Shown: positions 26,363-38,280 of the stretch, one piece after another
How positions within the stretch are numbered: the stretch's first letter is position 1
Layout: the number at the start of each line of letters is the position of its first letter
Translations under genes and position numbers: made by a program
Source: Guillardia theta CCMP2712
Lineage: Eukaryota > Protista > Cryptophyta
Length of the DNA: 51,148 bases
Reading direction: 5' to 3'
Assembly (NCBI RefSeq): GCF_000315625.1
Contig: NW_005434572.1
Span: 79,706 to 130,853 of the forward strand
The notes under the pieces: model-generated
What the model was told of the DNA's origin: nothing
Seen by the model: the letters and a program-made list of their open reading frames with translations, nothing else
Database searches by the model: none

Positions 26363-29300
26363 ATGGCAACCGTCGGCCCATTGTCAGGAAGGTGCTGGTA
26401 CAAGGGAGTTCGGAGCTCTTTGCAAGCGATGATCTTGCTCGTCTCCCTCAACCATGTCCAATCTCTCCTGCTCCCCTCGCTCATGCCAGTGGGACATCAC
26501 CTGCGATCTCCGGCCCCGTCGAGTTCGATCGCTGGATGGCCCAGGAGGTGGAAGAGGAAGGAGGAGGAGAGGGGGAGAGTTTCGTGCAGCCCGGAGGCTC
26601 CTTCGCCTCTGAATCAGGAGGGAAAGTTTGTGAAGATGAGGAGGACCAACTATACCAAGGACGTCCTCCTCCCTCGCCGCAGCGTGTCGAGGATGGTTGA
26701 GCAGCGACTTGAGCAGACAGACAAGAAGAATAACAGCACAAGGAGCTGGATGTTGGACCAGAGGCGGGAGCATCGGAAGGAGGGAGCGGGAGCCGGAGCA
26801 GGGAGAGCGAGCAGCAGGCCCTTGGCGATTCTGCAGCACAACTTCACGGGGAAGGAAGAGATCATCCGGTTTCAAGCGCAGGCCTGGGAGGAGGCGAGGT
26901 TGCTCAAGGAAGCCTACTGGCTGATAGGAGGAGATTCGAGGCCGCTCTCGAGGAGACGCGAAGTGCTTGCGATGCAGGTCAAGCACGAGGCTCAGCTGAA
27001 CAGGTACATGGGCTCCATGATGGAGCTCCTGCAGGAGAAGCCGCTAGCCCAGCTGGAAGGCTCCTCGGAAAGCTTCCGCAGCCAATGGAGGAGAGGACCT
27101 GGGGCTCTGCTGGGCTTGCTGCTCCGCACCTCGATGATGATCTCGAGCTTCGTCTTCGTCTCCTGCCTCCTCCTCCTCCAGCTCGGGGTCGTTGGGGTCA
27201 GGACTTGCCTCTGGATCCTGCTGTGGGGGATGGACTACGGGAACAGGAGGGAGTGGTGGATCCCTGAGCTGGTGGAGAGCGTGATGTGGCTGCGGCACGA
27301 GCTGATGTCCGGCTCTCTGTCGAAGCAGCTGCAGGGAGTCTACGAGGAGGGGAGGAGGATGGCGCAAACTACCGTCTTGTTCCTGTGAGTTGAGAGGGGA
27401 AAGTGCAAGAGGAGGGGGAAGGAGGAAGGGGGAAAGGTGGTGGGGGGGCATAAAAGGGACAGAGACGATGGGGAGGAGGGAGGGAAGGGAGAAGCTAAGG
27501 GGGAGGGGCTGGGGGAGACGGAAGGAGGCGGTTGAGGACAGGATTATGATTGACTTCTGTGCTCTCAGACTTTCTCTCTTCTCCCCTGAGATCCAGTCGA
27601 AGTTCATCCAGTACGCCTCCTCCGCCAAGACCAGAGGCCAAGACTACTTCAGGCAGCTCCGGAGCAAGATTCTTGAGGTCAGAGATCTCGTCGAGGAGGA
27701 ACGAGGGGGAGCAGGTCAAGGACGAGTAAGCGAGGGGGAGGGAGCAGGGCAGGGAAGAGGAGGGAGTGGCTCGAAGGCCAGCGGGCAGGTGGACTTCGCG
27801 TCGAAGCTGGAGGACGCGAGAAGGGCATCGGAAGCCAGGATGACGAGGAGGCTGGGGTTTGAGCCGCTCAAGGAGGCATTCAACGTGACGTCCAGCTGGA
27901 CTGAAGCTGGCGATGACAACCTGACTCGAGCTGAGGACCCCGGGCAGCTGGAGAGGCCGAGCAAGAGAAGCATGACGATGCGCCTGCTCAAGAACATGTC
28001 GGCAGCTGTGACCAGCTCGGTGTCAGCTGGGGTAAGCATGACCCTCAACTTCTCCCCTCCTGACGTGGGGAACGTGAGCGGGGAGGTGCTGGGCGTCGCC
28101 TCCTCCTGGCTCGCGACAGCAGGGAACATCGCCAACGACTTGGGGGTGGGACACTGGCAGGGGAACCTGACGAGCTGGTTGGGAGGGGGCGGGAAGGAGG
28201 AGGAGAACAAGAGCTCGTGGCAGCAGATGCTGTCGGGCGTCACGGAAGGAACTTCGCGCGCCCTGTCGTCTCTGCAGTTGAGCATCGGCAGCCTCGACCA
28301 GTCGCTCATGACGGCTGTGGATGCGACGGAGTTGGCTGTGAGCAAGGCGCTCACGCAAACGACGGTTGCGCTGCCATGGCTGCAGAGTGCGGAGGACTGG
28401 GTCCGCGGGTGAGGGGAGGAAGAGGAGCAGAAGTGGGAGTGGAAGCGGAGCAGGACAGCCGAAGGAGGGGGGAAGGAGGAGAAGAAGTGGTATCACGAGA
28501 GGAGACAAGGGAGTGGATGAGAGAGAGAAGAGCAGAGGAGGGGAGGAAGGAAGAAGACAAGGAAGAAGAAAGAGAGCGGAGGAGGAGGAGGAGGAGGAGG
28601 AGATCTGACGAGTTTCCTTAGGAACGAGTTCGCCATGAGGAAGTACCTTCAGGTTCAGCAGAGGTGGCATGCGCTGCTGCTGTGGGGGCAGCCGATCTGG
28701 GAGAAGGTGGACATGTGGGCAAAGGAGGTTAAGATCCCAGAGCTAGCGCAGAGAATCCTCCTCAATGCCATCTACTACCGCCTTCAATACTTCGGGTCGG
28801 GTCCACTCCCTCGTCTCTATCCTCCTCCCCTCCTTCAGCTCAGCCGCTCCTCCCACCTCCGTTCTCTCCTCTTCTCTCTTCTCCTGCTCTGCTCTGCTCT
28901 GCTCTGCCCTGCTGTTCTGCTCTGCTCTGCTTCTCCTCCTCTTCCGTGCTCATCGCCGTGCTCACAGGTGGCTAGTGTGCTTCTGTCTGCTTGAGATGAT
29001 ATTCTTCCGCTCCTTCGCCTCCTTCATCCTCCTCCTCCTCTCCTCCTTGTCTGCCGCGTTCGTCCGCTCAGAAGTTCTTTCCTACACTTCCATCAAGGCA
29101 ATTTCTCTTCCCTTCCTCTTCATCCTCTTCCCTTCTGCTTTGTCTGGACCAGTCCTCATTTCTCCTCCTTCCTCTGTTCCTCCTCCTCCCCTCCTCCCTC
29201 TCTTCTTCCTCTTTCCTCTCTCCTCCCCCGTTCCTTCATCTCGCTGAGAGTCAGCAGGCGGCGGACAAGAGCGCCAGGTCCATGATCTCAACCATCACTC

Positions 29301-30112
29301 TCCTTGGCCGCAGGTCCCGCACCACTCGGTGAGTTTGAGGTCCAGCAACAACTCCAGCTGACAGCCAGCAGCCTCCTCAAGGAGAAGACTTCTCTTGCTG
29401 CGGGAGCCGCTTCGCTCTCCCTCCTCTGGGGCCTCTGCTTCTGCTCCTCCATGTCTGTCTCCCTCTGACCCATCCTCCTCATCCTCCTCTCCCACTTCGC
29501 TGCCTCCTCCCTTCTCCTTTCCACTTCCCTTCCCTCCTCCCTTCTCTTTTCCACTTCCCTCCTCTTGCAGCTCCTCCTCCTCATCTCCCTCTCTCTCTAA
29601 CCCCCTCTCTCTCTGTGCTCCTCCTTCGCCCTCCACTCTACCCTGGCTCTCTTCCTCCTCGCTGATTCTCCCCCAGTGTGAGGAACATGCTTGTCCTCGT
29701 CGTTGCCCATGGCGTCATCCATGCACGGCAAGAGCGACGCCCGCCAGCTCCCCGAAAAGCCATCGGAGGGTGAGCGGAGAGAGTGGGAGGAGGAGGAAAG
29801 AAGAGTCGAGAGCAGGAGGGGAACAGGGAGAAGAGTGGGAGGAGCTACCAAGAGCGGAGAATGAGCGAGGGATGGATGGATTGAAGGCAGAGAAGTGGGA
29901 GGGAAGGGGAGCATTGAGGAGGGAGGATGCACAGAGAAAGTTGACTGATGCTGCGCAGGCTCAAGGGCATGGCAGTGAAGATTCAAGTCTCCATCCTTGA
30001 CGTCTTCCGTGCTGTCCCTCTAGCTGGACGTCTGGAGCCTCCGGGGGAGCCGACGAGTCCAGCAGCAGCGGCAGACCCTCAAGCCTCCTCCTCAGTTAAG
30101 ACGACCGAGTGA
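26363..30112 (+). CDS. Hypothetical multi-exon membrane protein with N-terminal signal/transit-like leader
   Basis: Exons join in frame across introns at ~27385-27569, 28409-28621, 28796-28967, 29098-29257, 29329-29676 and 29770-29958. Hydrophobic segments (ISSFVFVSCLLLLQLGVVG; WLVCFCLLEMIFFRSFASFILLLL). No recognised domain. Confidence 0.6.
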
Positions 30113-30248
30113 AGACTTTGGGAGAGGAGAGGAGGGAAAACAGTTCGGAACAAGTTGCAGTCTTTACCAGGCAGTGACAACGCTGCTGGACTAGTGGCAG
30201 CGGGGGAGGAGGAGGAGAGATGAGAGTTAAAAAGAATACTGTACATGC

Positions 30249-31845
30249 TCACCACCACAAAACTCTTCCGACCTGTGAGACAGTGAGGACAAGATACGAG
30301 AGCAGGAGAAGGAGAATGAGGAGTAGGAGAAAGAGGCGGAGGGGAACGAGGAGTGGGAGTAGGAGTAGGAGGGGTACCTTCTGGATCCAAGAGAGGCCGT
30401 CCTTGGGCTCTTTCTTCTTCTCGCCAAGGGTCTTGTCCTCCATGCTAATCAAGACGCGGTCGCCGCAAGCGTTGAGGTCGGGCGGAGTGAGATATCTGAG
30501 AGGGAGAGGAAGTCAGGGGAGGAAGAGGGAGAGGAAAGGGACCAGAACGAGCAAGTAGAAGGGAAAGGAAGCAACACAGACCTGGGGCTATCAGACTCTT
30601 GCGAGCCATGCTGGGTGGATCGCTCGCTGAGAGGAGTCTCGTACCCGCTCGCCGTCTCTCCCTTGCTCTGTGGACACCCCAGTCAGTCTTTTCACCCCAG
30701 CAGCAGTGCAGGCTCACAGGAGGAGAGGAGACTTCTTTCTGCTTGCTCTTCACCTCCCGCTGTGGGTCAAAGATGGAGGCGTTGAACTCTGCAGCAAAGT
30801 CAGCTGCTACCTCTCCCTCCTCCTCCTCCTCACCCTGCTGCTCGCATGCCGCGACGATGTCTTCGGGAGGACATTTCGCTCTGACCACAGCTCGCACGGT
30901 GAGCTGGCGCTGAGAGAGGATCCTCATGATGGAGCTGGTGGCGCTAGTCAGGAGGAGGAGGAGGAGGAGGAGGAGGAGGAAAGATGATGACGATGATGAG
31001 GAGCCCACCTATCGCCGAGCTCGAGGTTGTCGAGGCTCACGCTGATGACACCCTTTGTCCTGATGATCGCTCGCTCCAACCGCTCAGTGTCTTCTTGCCC
31101 GGTCAATCCTTCAACCCTGAACATGAGCGTCTTGGGGTTCCTGGACAGCTGCAAGAAGCACGTCAGGAGAGGGATGGCGGCGGTCAAGACTGTACAATGC
31201 TCTTCGTTGCAGGGCTCATGAACTCTTGGGAGGGCTTCACGTAGATGCTGGTGTTCTTGGCAACAGGGTTCTCTGACAGCTGGCGAGGAGGGAGGGAAGA
31301 GGAAGGGAAGGGGAGGTAGAGCAGGAGGGAAAGGAAAAGGGTCAGTGGAGATGAACGGACGAGGTCTCCTCCTGACGGCTTACCTCAGCATCCTTCTTCG
31401 AGCTCAGCTGCTTCGACAGGTGCTCAGCAAGGCTGTTGACTTCTTCGGTAGGGTGCATCTCCGACAAGTCGTGCAGCTTGCTCAGGAGGCTAGCCTGCAA
31501 GCTAAGGATCTCTCTGTTCTCTACAGAGTGGCTAGAGAGGTAGGAGATGGTCTCCAGGGCCTTGTACACAACCTGCTCAGAAGGTGAGAAATCAACTTTC
31601 ATGGCAGCCAAATCTGACGTCGTCTGCTGGGAAGTCGAGCATACGAATGATGTTCTGCAAGCATCCCGTGTCTCTAGCAATGACAGATCGATTCCTTGGG
31701 TCCATGGCGAGCGAATGGAGCTTTGCTATCACTCTTCAGCAAGATGTCACCTCGAGGGTAGTTACAAATCAATGGCACGTGGTCACCTGCGAGCATCGAC
31801 GACCTCTCCATAGCTACTCTCTCTTCTGTTGTGTTCGGTGTCCAT
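30249..31845 (-). CDS. ARMC1: Armadillo repeat-containing protein 1-like (ARM + HMA-like domain)
   Basis: VIAKLHSLAMDPRNRSVIARDTGCLQNII, VVYKALETISYLS (ARMC1 ARM); PKTLMFRVEGL..LERAIIRTKGVISVS (HMA-like); aromatic C-terminus VGRVLWW*. Confidence 0.8.
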
Positions 31846-32165
31846 CGTAACTTGTTATCAAAAGAAATGCTTCTGATTGGTTGTAGAGGATTCCAAAGAT
31901 TCGACGGGCTTGTCTTGTCTCTGTCCCAACAGTATCTGGCAGCTGTCCCTAGTCCCTTCGGTGGATGCTGTGGAGCTACTCTTTCACGATGAGAATGCGA
32001 GCCCTCGCTGCTGGTCTCTGCTCTCAATTCTTCTCCTCTCTCCCTAGATCTATCCTACCTGCTCTTCTCTCCTCTACCTCCTCGCTCTCTCTCGCTCGCT
32101 CGCTCTCTCTCTCCCTGTCGCTCCTCTACAAGCCCCTCTTCTCTTCAGCTCTTGAATTCAAGCTC

Positions 32166-32380
32166 AAACGGTAAGATTTCTTCCGTTATTAACCGTTATC
32201 TTGAATCTTGAACTCCGGGTCGCTGCCATCCGGCCGCCGGGCCGGAACCTGGAGCTCCGAAGTACCGTACCCCGAGCCAACGGACTTGTTAGTCAGTCAG
32301 GGGGTAGGGGTGGTTTGACATGGGGAATGTTGAAACGGTGACGTAACGGTCAAGGATGCAACGGAGGTAACGGTATAAAA
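32166..32380. promoter_or_regulatory. Cluster of about 8 AACGG/CCGTT (Myb-like) sites plus TATAAAA between ARMC1 and RPL27A
   Basis: CCGTTA at 32183 and 32193; GTAACGG at 32343 and 32367; AACGG at 32167, 32279, 32334 and 32360; TATAAAA at 32374. Confidence 0.55.
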
Positions 32381-32784
32381 AAAAAGAGCGACACGCGCGA
32401 GCAGAGCCGAGAGAGATGGTGAGTGCGCGTGCGGGGGAAGACGATGGCTCTGGCGATGGAGGGAGGGGAGAGGGAGGAGGAGGAGGAGGAGGAGAGATGA
32501 TATCAAGGTGGATAGTGTTGATCGAAGCCTCTTCCTTGCTGTGTTTGTCAGATCTCCACTTCTTTTCTGTCCATGTTTCCCTCCCTCCTCGATCTCGTGT
32601 GTTGCCTCAAAGGGCAGCTCGGTTGTATTGCCTCTTCTTCTGAAGTGATCAATGTGTTGTTTACGAGCGACCATGGAATATGTGTTGTCATCAGCGGGTA
32701 TATTGCATTGGATCGGTGAAATGATACATTTATTATGATATCCATTATGTTGTACCGCTTTCACGCTGCACGAGCCTCTTCCAA

Positions 32785-33392
32785 ATGGTTACCGTCCCTT
32801 GTTTTCCTTTTCTCTATCCATCAGATGTCAGTATGTCCTTCTCCTTTATGCATCTCCATGTGTATCTATAAGAGTTTGTTGGTATGCGATGGGCAGGGCG
32901 GGGCTGGTGTGAAAATCGTTTTGTCACCTACTGACGGGTTGTCAACAGCCAGCAAGACTGAAGAAGCACAGGAAAGAGCGCGGAGGGATGCACTGCGGTA
33001 ACGGCCGTATCGGCAAGCACCGCAAGCATCCCAGCGGTCGCGGTAACGCTGGTGGTCAGCACATGCACAGGATCGCCTTCGACAAGTACCATCCTGGCTA
33101 CTTCGGTAAGGTCGGTATGAGGTACTTCCACTACAAGAAGAACCCCTACCACAGACCTTCGGTCAACATCAACCAGATCTGGTCGCTCGTGGGATCTGAC
33201 CAGAGGATGAAGCTGGCTACCAACACTTCTGGGTCGATGCCTCTGATTGACGTTACCCAGTTCGGTTATTTCAAGGTTCTCGGAAAGGGAGAGCTCCCCT
33301 CGCAGCCCATTGCTGTCAAGGCCAAGTTTTTTAGCAAGATGGCGGAGACTAAGATCAAGAAGGCTGGCGGAGCTTGCATACTTACTGCATAG
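32785..33392 (+). CDS. RPL27A: 60S ribosomal protein L27a (uL15); start codon on a tiny upstream exon
   Basis: [75 protein letters not shown]. Acceptor at ~32948; ATG at 32785 (alternative at 32825). Confidence 0.97.
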
Positions 33393-33539
33393 ATTTAAGT
33401 TTGCTCGAAATGAAATAGTACCAAAAGGCAGCCTTGCTCTGCATGGTGTGGGTGTGTTTGTGTGAGATCTCCTCCTCTCATCCCTACTTTACATCACCAT
33501 CAACATATCTTTCTGCGAGATGTCTCAGGATGACCTGAC

Positions 33540-36500
33540 CTATCCTTCTTCCGCTATGATCTCAGAGTCGAAATCTAGATCGCAGTGAGCAACACGAACA
33601 GAACTCCTTCTTTCTCTTTCCATACCTCTGTGTTCCACATCCCGATCGCTGAGAACCAGCTTCTGATATTTCTCGTACATGTTGCGGTATCTGACGTTAC
33701 TCCGGTCAAGCAGCAGCGAAGGAAGGAAGAAGGCGTCTCACCTGTAGTAGAGGCAAGCTATGTACACAATGATCCCCACGACAGCAACGACGGCAACGAC
33801 GATGAGAAGGAGGACCCATGAGGGCAGAACCTTTGCAACCTGAGATGAAGTAAGGAGGAGGGAGAGGAGGAGAGACGAGGGAGAGGAAGAGAGAGAGGAG
33901 GAGGGAGAGGAGGAGAGAGAAGGAGAGAGAGGAAAGAGGGAAAGGAGGGAAGAAGCAGCAAACGGGACAGGAGACGACAAGGAGTAGTGTGAGGACCGGG
34001 AGGAGGGAAGACGGAAAGACAGGATTCGGCCACAATCCTCACCTGCTTGATGCAAGAGGATCCATACTCAGGAGGAGGCATCGGAACGCCGGCAAAGCAT
34101 TCCGTCTTGCGGAAGTAGGAGATGTCCTGTAAGCCATTGACGCATGCTCCTCCCATGGCCTTGTAGTCTCCGTCCGTGCAGAGCGGGCAGCCATGTTGCG
34201 ACTCCCACCTGCCGTAGGAGTCAAGGACAGGAGGACACGCTGATGGGGAACGCGCACAGGACGTGCATGGTGCAGGGCTCTGCGGAGGAAAGCTCGTAGA
34301 GGAAGGTGGGAACCCCGACCCCCTTGCTTGCGTTGCAGACAATCTGAGCGGAGCGTCACGTAAGAACAGGAGGAAGGAGAGATAGAGCAAAGAAGTCACA
34401 TGCAGTTCCGTGCTCCACGTCTTGCTGGCTCCTCCTCCACCTCCCCCCTCGCACTCGTCCCCGTTGAAGAGGCCGATGGTCAGCCCTTTGGAGAAGCCTC
34501 GGGCACGGAGAAACTTAGGAAGGGGAAGGAACGACAGGGTAGACCCGAGGTCTTTCGCTCCCCCGCTCCTCTCGAGCTGGGAGGCGGAGTCGTCCTCCGT
34601 ATCCTCCGGATTCACCGAGCAGGAGTAGCTGTGTCTGGGATGATCCAGCGCTTCCATTCCCTGCACGCACGAGCTGTTAAGAGGAAGAGGAGCACAGAGC
34701 GACAGGAAGACAAGCTGCTTCTCTCCATCCCTGTCCTCGTACGTCATCGGCGTGACCCCGTCCAGCCTCGTGCGCAGCGGCGCGAAGTCGTACACCGCTT
34801 CCTCCTCCGACCAGGAGACTCTACAGTCCGCCGAGCACTCCGCCGACCCGGCCCCGCTCACGGCGTTGGCTCCGCACTGGAAGCAAGTCGAGGATCCAGG
34901 ATAAGGGGCGAACTTTCCCTCCTCGCACAAGGAGCAGCCAGTGGCACCGGGGGGGCTCGAGAATCCCTCGGGGCACGCCAGGCAGTTTGTCTGAAGTCCA
35001 GTGCTGAAGAATCCTGCAGGACAAGGCAGGCAGTGCAGAGCTCCTCCTTGCGCCACACCAGAGAGGGAGATGTTGAGGATCCTCGCAGTGTGCAGGTCAG
35101 TGCCTGCCAAGGATGAGCGTTGGATGTACAGCCAGCGGATCGCGTGACTTCCAGTTGAGAGGCTCACTGACCAGGACGAGGCAGCAGCGCCCCCGCCCGC
35201 GCAGAGGTCCACAAGGTTCTTCCCGTCCACCTCGACTACGAAACTCACGTCGTTGCCTCTACACGCCAGCGAGAAACCAAACTGAAGCGATCCGACCTCG
35301 ACGAGGACAACGTCAAGTCGCAACCAGACCGTCGCGTCGTAGTGATCCCTCCCGGCCTCCAAGAAACTCCCCTGAGACCGCCAGCCTGCCGTCCCGCACT
35401 CACCTCTGCATCCAGTCGTCATCTGCTCCGGCCATGTCGAGAAGTCCGTCATCACTTGGAACAAGGGAGCCTCGCTCCCGGGTCCGCATGGCAGACACTG
35501 AGACGATGCCGGGTCTGCGAAGTAGCCGGGAGAGCAGAAGGAGCACTTCCCTTGGACCAGAACCTTGCCGACTGAGCAAGGGGGGCAGGGCAGTCCAGTC
35601 ACGTTGGGGGGCAGCAGCTGACCCCGGCAGATTTTGGGCTCTGTCCATACATACCACTTGTCCCTCGTGTTGGTCTCGCTGTTACACTGCGTGTAGCGCT
35701 CGACGTAGTCGTCGGGCCTGCAGGGAGGGCGGAGCTCGCACTTGGAGAAGCCCGGGAGAGCGTAGTGGGTGGTGAGGTTGCAGGAAAGGCAGCGCTGGGA
35801 CGTCTGGTCGAAGACCGTCCCCTCCTCGCAGCTCGAGCAACGGGAGGATCCTGCAACGCTAGAGAAACCTTCAGGGCAGCTTGAGCAAGATGTGTCTGCC
35901 CACTCGGTACCGTTGAATCCGACCTCCCACAGCTCCACACGATCTTTGCCGTAGGTGACCGACATGTCCTTGTAGTAGACCCACTTGAACACGTGCCAGC
36001 CAGGCTCGACTGCGAACTCTGCTCTCTGGGGCTCGAGGATCTGAGAGACGAAGACGGAGCCCGAGGGATCAAGCGGCTGGTTCACATGGTCGATCCTGAA
36101 GAGGAGGCCGTCGGCGTGGTCTTCAGCATCCACCATGAAACGGAACCAGAGGCTGCCCTTCCTTACGAACTTGAGGTGGAGGATGAGGTAGCTCTCTACG
36201 TAGTTGTACCTCCGGTTGTCCCCTGAGGATAGCATGCTCCCGTTTCTCCCCACCTGCCACGGGTCGCAGTTGACCTTCTCCAACCAGACCTGCTGCGCGT
36301 CGGCAAAGTGATCCGGATCCAACGAGTAGCACGTGGTTTCAAACTGAGGAGGCAGACTTTGCGGCCATCGCTGGTATCTCTCCCCTCCTCCCACGCTGAA
36401 CTTGCCCGCTGGGCACTGCTTGCACGCAAAGTTGCCACCTCCTCTGCTCCAGGAGAGGTACTCCCCTGCCCCACATTGTTTGCTGCAGGAGGGAGCTGAT

Positions 36501-36844
36501 GGGATTGGGCTAGAAAGCTCGCAGTCTGCGGGCCCGAACTGCAGGCGGAGGGAGGGGAGCCTTTCAGTGGAGCAGTCAGCCACCTGATAACGCAGCTGCT
36601 CCTCCACGTCAGGGAGGATGCACCTCTCATCCGACCCTCCGAACAAACCCTCGAAGAAATCTGAGATCCCCTCGAAGATCCGAGGCTGAGGGTTCGCACT
36701 CAGTCCGTTCCCCTGCTTGCAACCTTTTGAGCTGTTGTGATGGGCACAGGGCCTCGCATGCTCGCTCTGAATGACAGGCGAGACATCGCCATAGGCGAAC
36801 CCAATCAGCGCTATCAACCAGATATGTAAGAGCAGGCGCAGCAT
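33540..36844 (-). CDS. UPF0577/KIAA1324 (ELAPOR)-like type I membrane protein with Cys-rich TNFR/ephrin-receptor-like repeats
   Basis: Signal peptide MLRLLLHIWLIALIGFAYG; C..CPAGKFSVGGG, GWHVFKWVYYKD, YVWTEPKICRG, repeated CxxCPxGxFS, mannose-6-phosphate-receptor-like region, WESQHGCPLCT; TM VLLLIVVAVVAVVGIIVYIACL; cytosolic YEKYQKLV. Confidence 0.85.
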
Positions 36845-37099
36845 TTCTTTCTAGTCTGAGAACACACGCATCTGATTCTTGTCCTCGTCGTCAAGTTAGG
36901 GCTGACTCTCACTTTCCAGCCTCTTGGGAATTCATCAAGTCAAGTAGCCATCTTCAGCATTGCATTCTTCAACTTCATCCCAGCTACTTGCTCTGTGTTA
37001 GCCCCTGGAGGTCTCGGCGGTTCCTGCGACTCCCTGATTGTTGTCCTTTTGCCTTGTGATCAGCTCTCCTGTCCTCCTCCTCCCCTCCTATTGCTTCGA

Positions 37100-37227
37100 T
37101 TTCTCCTCCTCTCCTCCTCTCCTCCTCTCCTCCTCTCCTCCTCTCCTCCTCTCCTTCTCTCCTTCTCTCCTTCTCTCCTTCTCTCCTTCTCTCCTTCTCT
37201 CCTTCTCTCCTTCTCTCCTTCTCTCCT
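37100..37227. repeat. (CTCCTTCT)n / (CTCCTCCT)n octamer microsatellite
   Basis: Directly visible. Confidence 0.9.
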
Positions 37228-37274
37228 ATGCTCCACATTCCCTTCCAACTCTATGCTGCCTTCACCACGAAAGG

Positions 37275-37380
37275 GGTCATGTGACCTCTCACGTGATACA
37301 ATCGAGATCACGTGACCCGTACCGGGCCTTGAAGACCCGGGGCCTGGTGCACTGAGACACAAAAACGGTTCTGTAACGGT
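37275..37380. promoter_or_regulatory. E-box/G-box pair (TCACGTGA x2) plus AACGG/GTAACGG sites
   Basis: TCACGTGA at 37289 and 37308, GTCATGTGAC at 37276, CGGTTCTGTAACGG at 37366-37379, in the ELAPOR/NAA50 divergent spacer. Confidence 0.5.
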
Positions 37381-37980
37381 TTAGGCGCGTGGGGCCTTCG
37401 GCGATGCAGTTCGACGAGCTGGCGGAAGATTATGTAAGAATGCAGGAGAGGGGAGGAGAAAAAAGGGGGTAATGGTGGAGGAGAGGAGAGGTATGGGAGG
37501 AGAGGAGGGGAGAGGGAGAGGGGAACGGAGGGGAGGATAGTGGAGGAGAGGAGAGGTATGGGAGAAGAGCATGGTGGAGAAGAGGAGAGGTATTTCAGGG
37601 GATGGGATCGGAGGGGCGAGAAGGAGAACAGGTGGATGATCTGAGGGCAGTGAGGGCAGAACAAAGATTCAAGGAGTGAGAAGTAGGCATGAGAGAAGTA
37701 GGCATGAGAGAAGATAGACTTGTATGGTGGTGGGGAAAAAAATTGAGCCAGCATCGTGTAGAGGAGAGAGTAGGACGGCCAAGAATGGACCAGGAGAGAG
37801 GAACAGAAGACGAGGGCGCGGGAAGAGAACGAGGAGGACTGAAGTGACATGGAGCGAGAAAAGGGAGGAGGCGGGAAGAGGTCCAGTGAAACTGTGAGCA
37901 ACGATGGTAAGGAGAGCAACAGAGAATATGCATGCAGGGTTGATATCAATCATGTGGGTCGTTATCCTCACTGCGATCTG

Positions 37981-38013
37981 AATCGCAATAGAAACGATGT
38001 TTCTATTGCGATT
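37981..38013. repeat. Perfect 15-bp inverted repeat (3-nt loop)
   Basis: AATCGCAATAGAAAC-GAT-GTTTCTATTGCGATT. Confidence 0.9.
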
Positions 38014-38280
38014 GTATTGATGTTTCTATTGCAATGTTCAAGGATGGAGAATGGAAGCAAAGTCTAGCACAACTTAAGCTGGTTTATGCTCAAAAGGAAG
38101 GTCGTCAGAGAAGATATATTAGAGCCTCAGTTGAAAATCCATGTGCGACGATGCATACCGCTATGCTCCATGCACCTGCAAGCTGCATTCCATTCTTGCC
38201 TACATTAGTGATAGTGGAAATCTTCAATTCTCCATCTCACACTCTTACGTGGCTGGCTACAGGATGCAATCATAAACCCG

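Noticed and set aside
20622-33392. Ribosome-biogenesis cluster (RPL4, SPB1, RPL27A)
   Set aside because: RPL4 and SPB1 are convergent with no shared promoter, and unrelated genes intervene; compatible with chance.
33758-36844. 1028-aa ORF as a single-exon protein
   Set aside because: Its C-terminal part reads through pyrimidine-rich introns; the spliced model restores the conserved motifs, TM and tail ending at 33540.
37100-37227. Telomeric repeat or CRISPR-like array
   Set aside because: Simple octamer microsatellite, internal position, no spacers.
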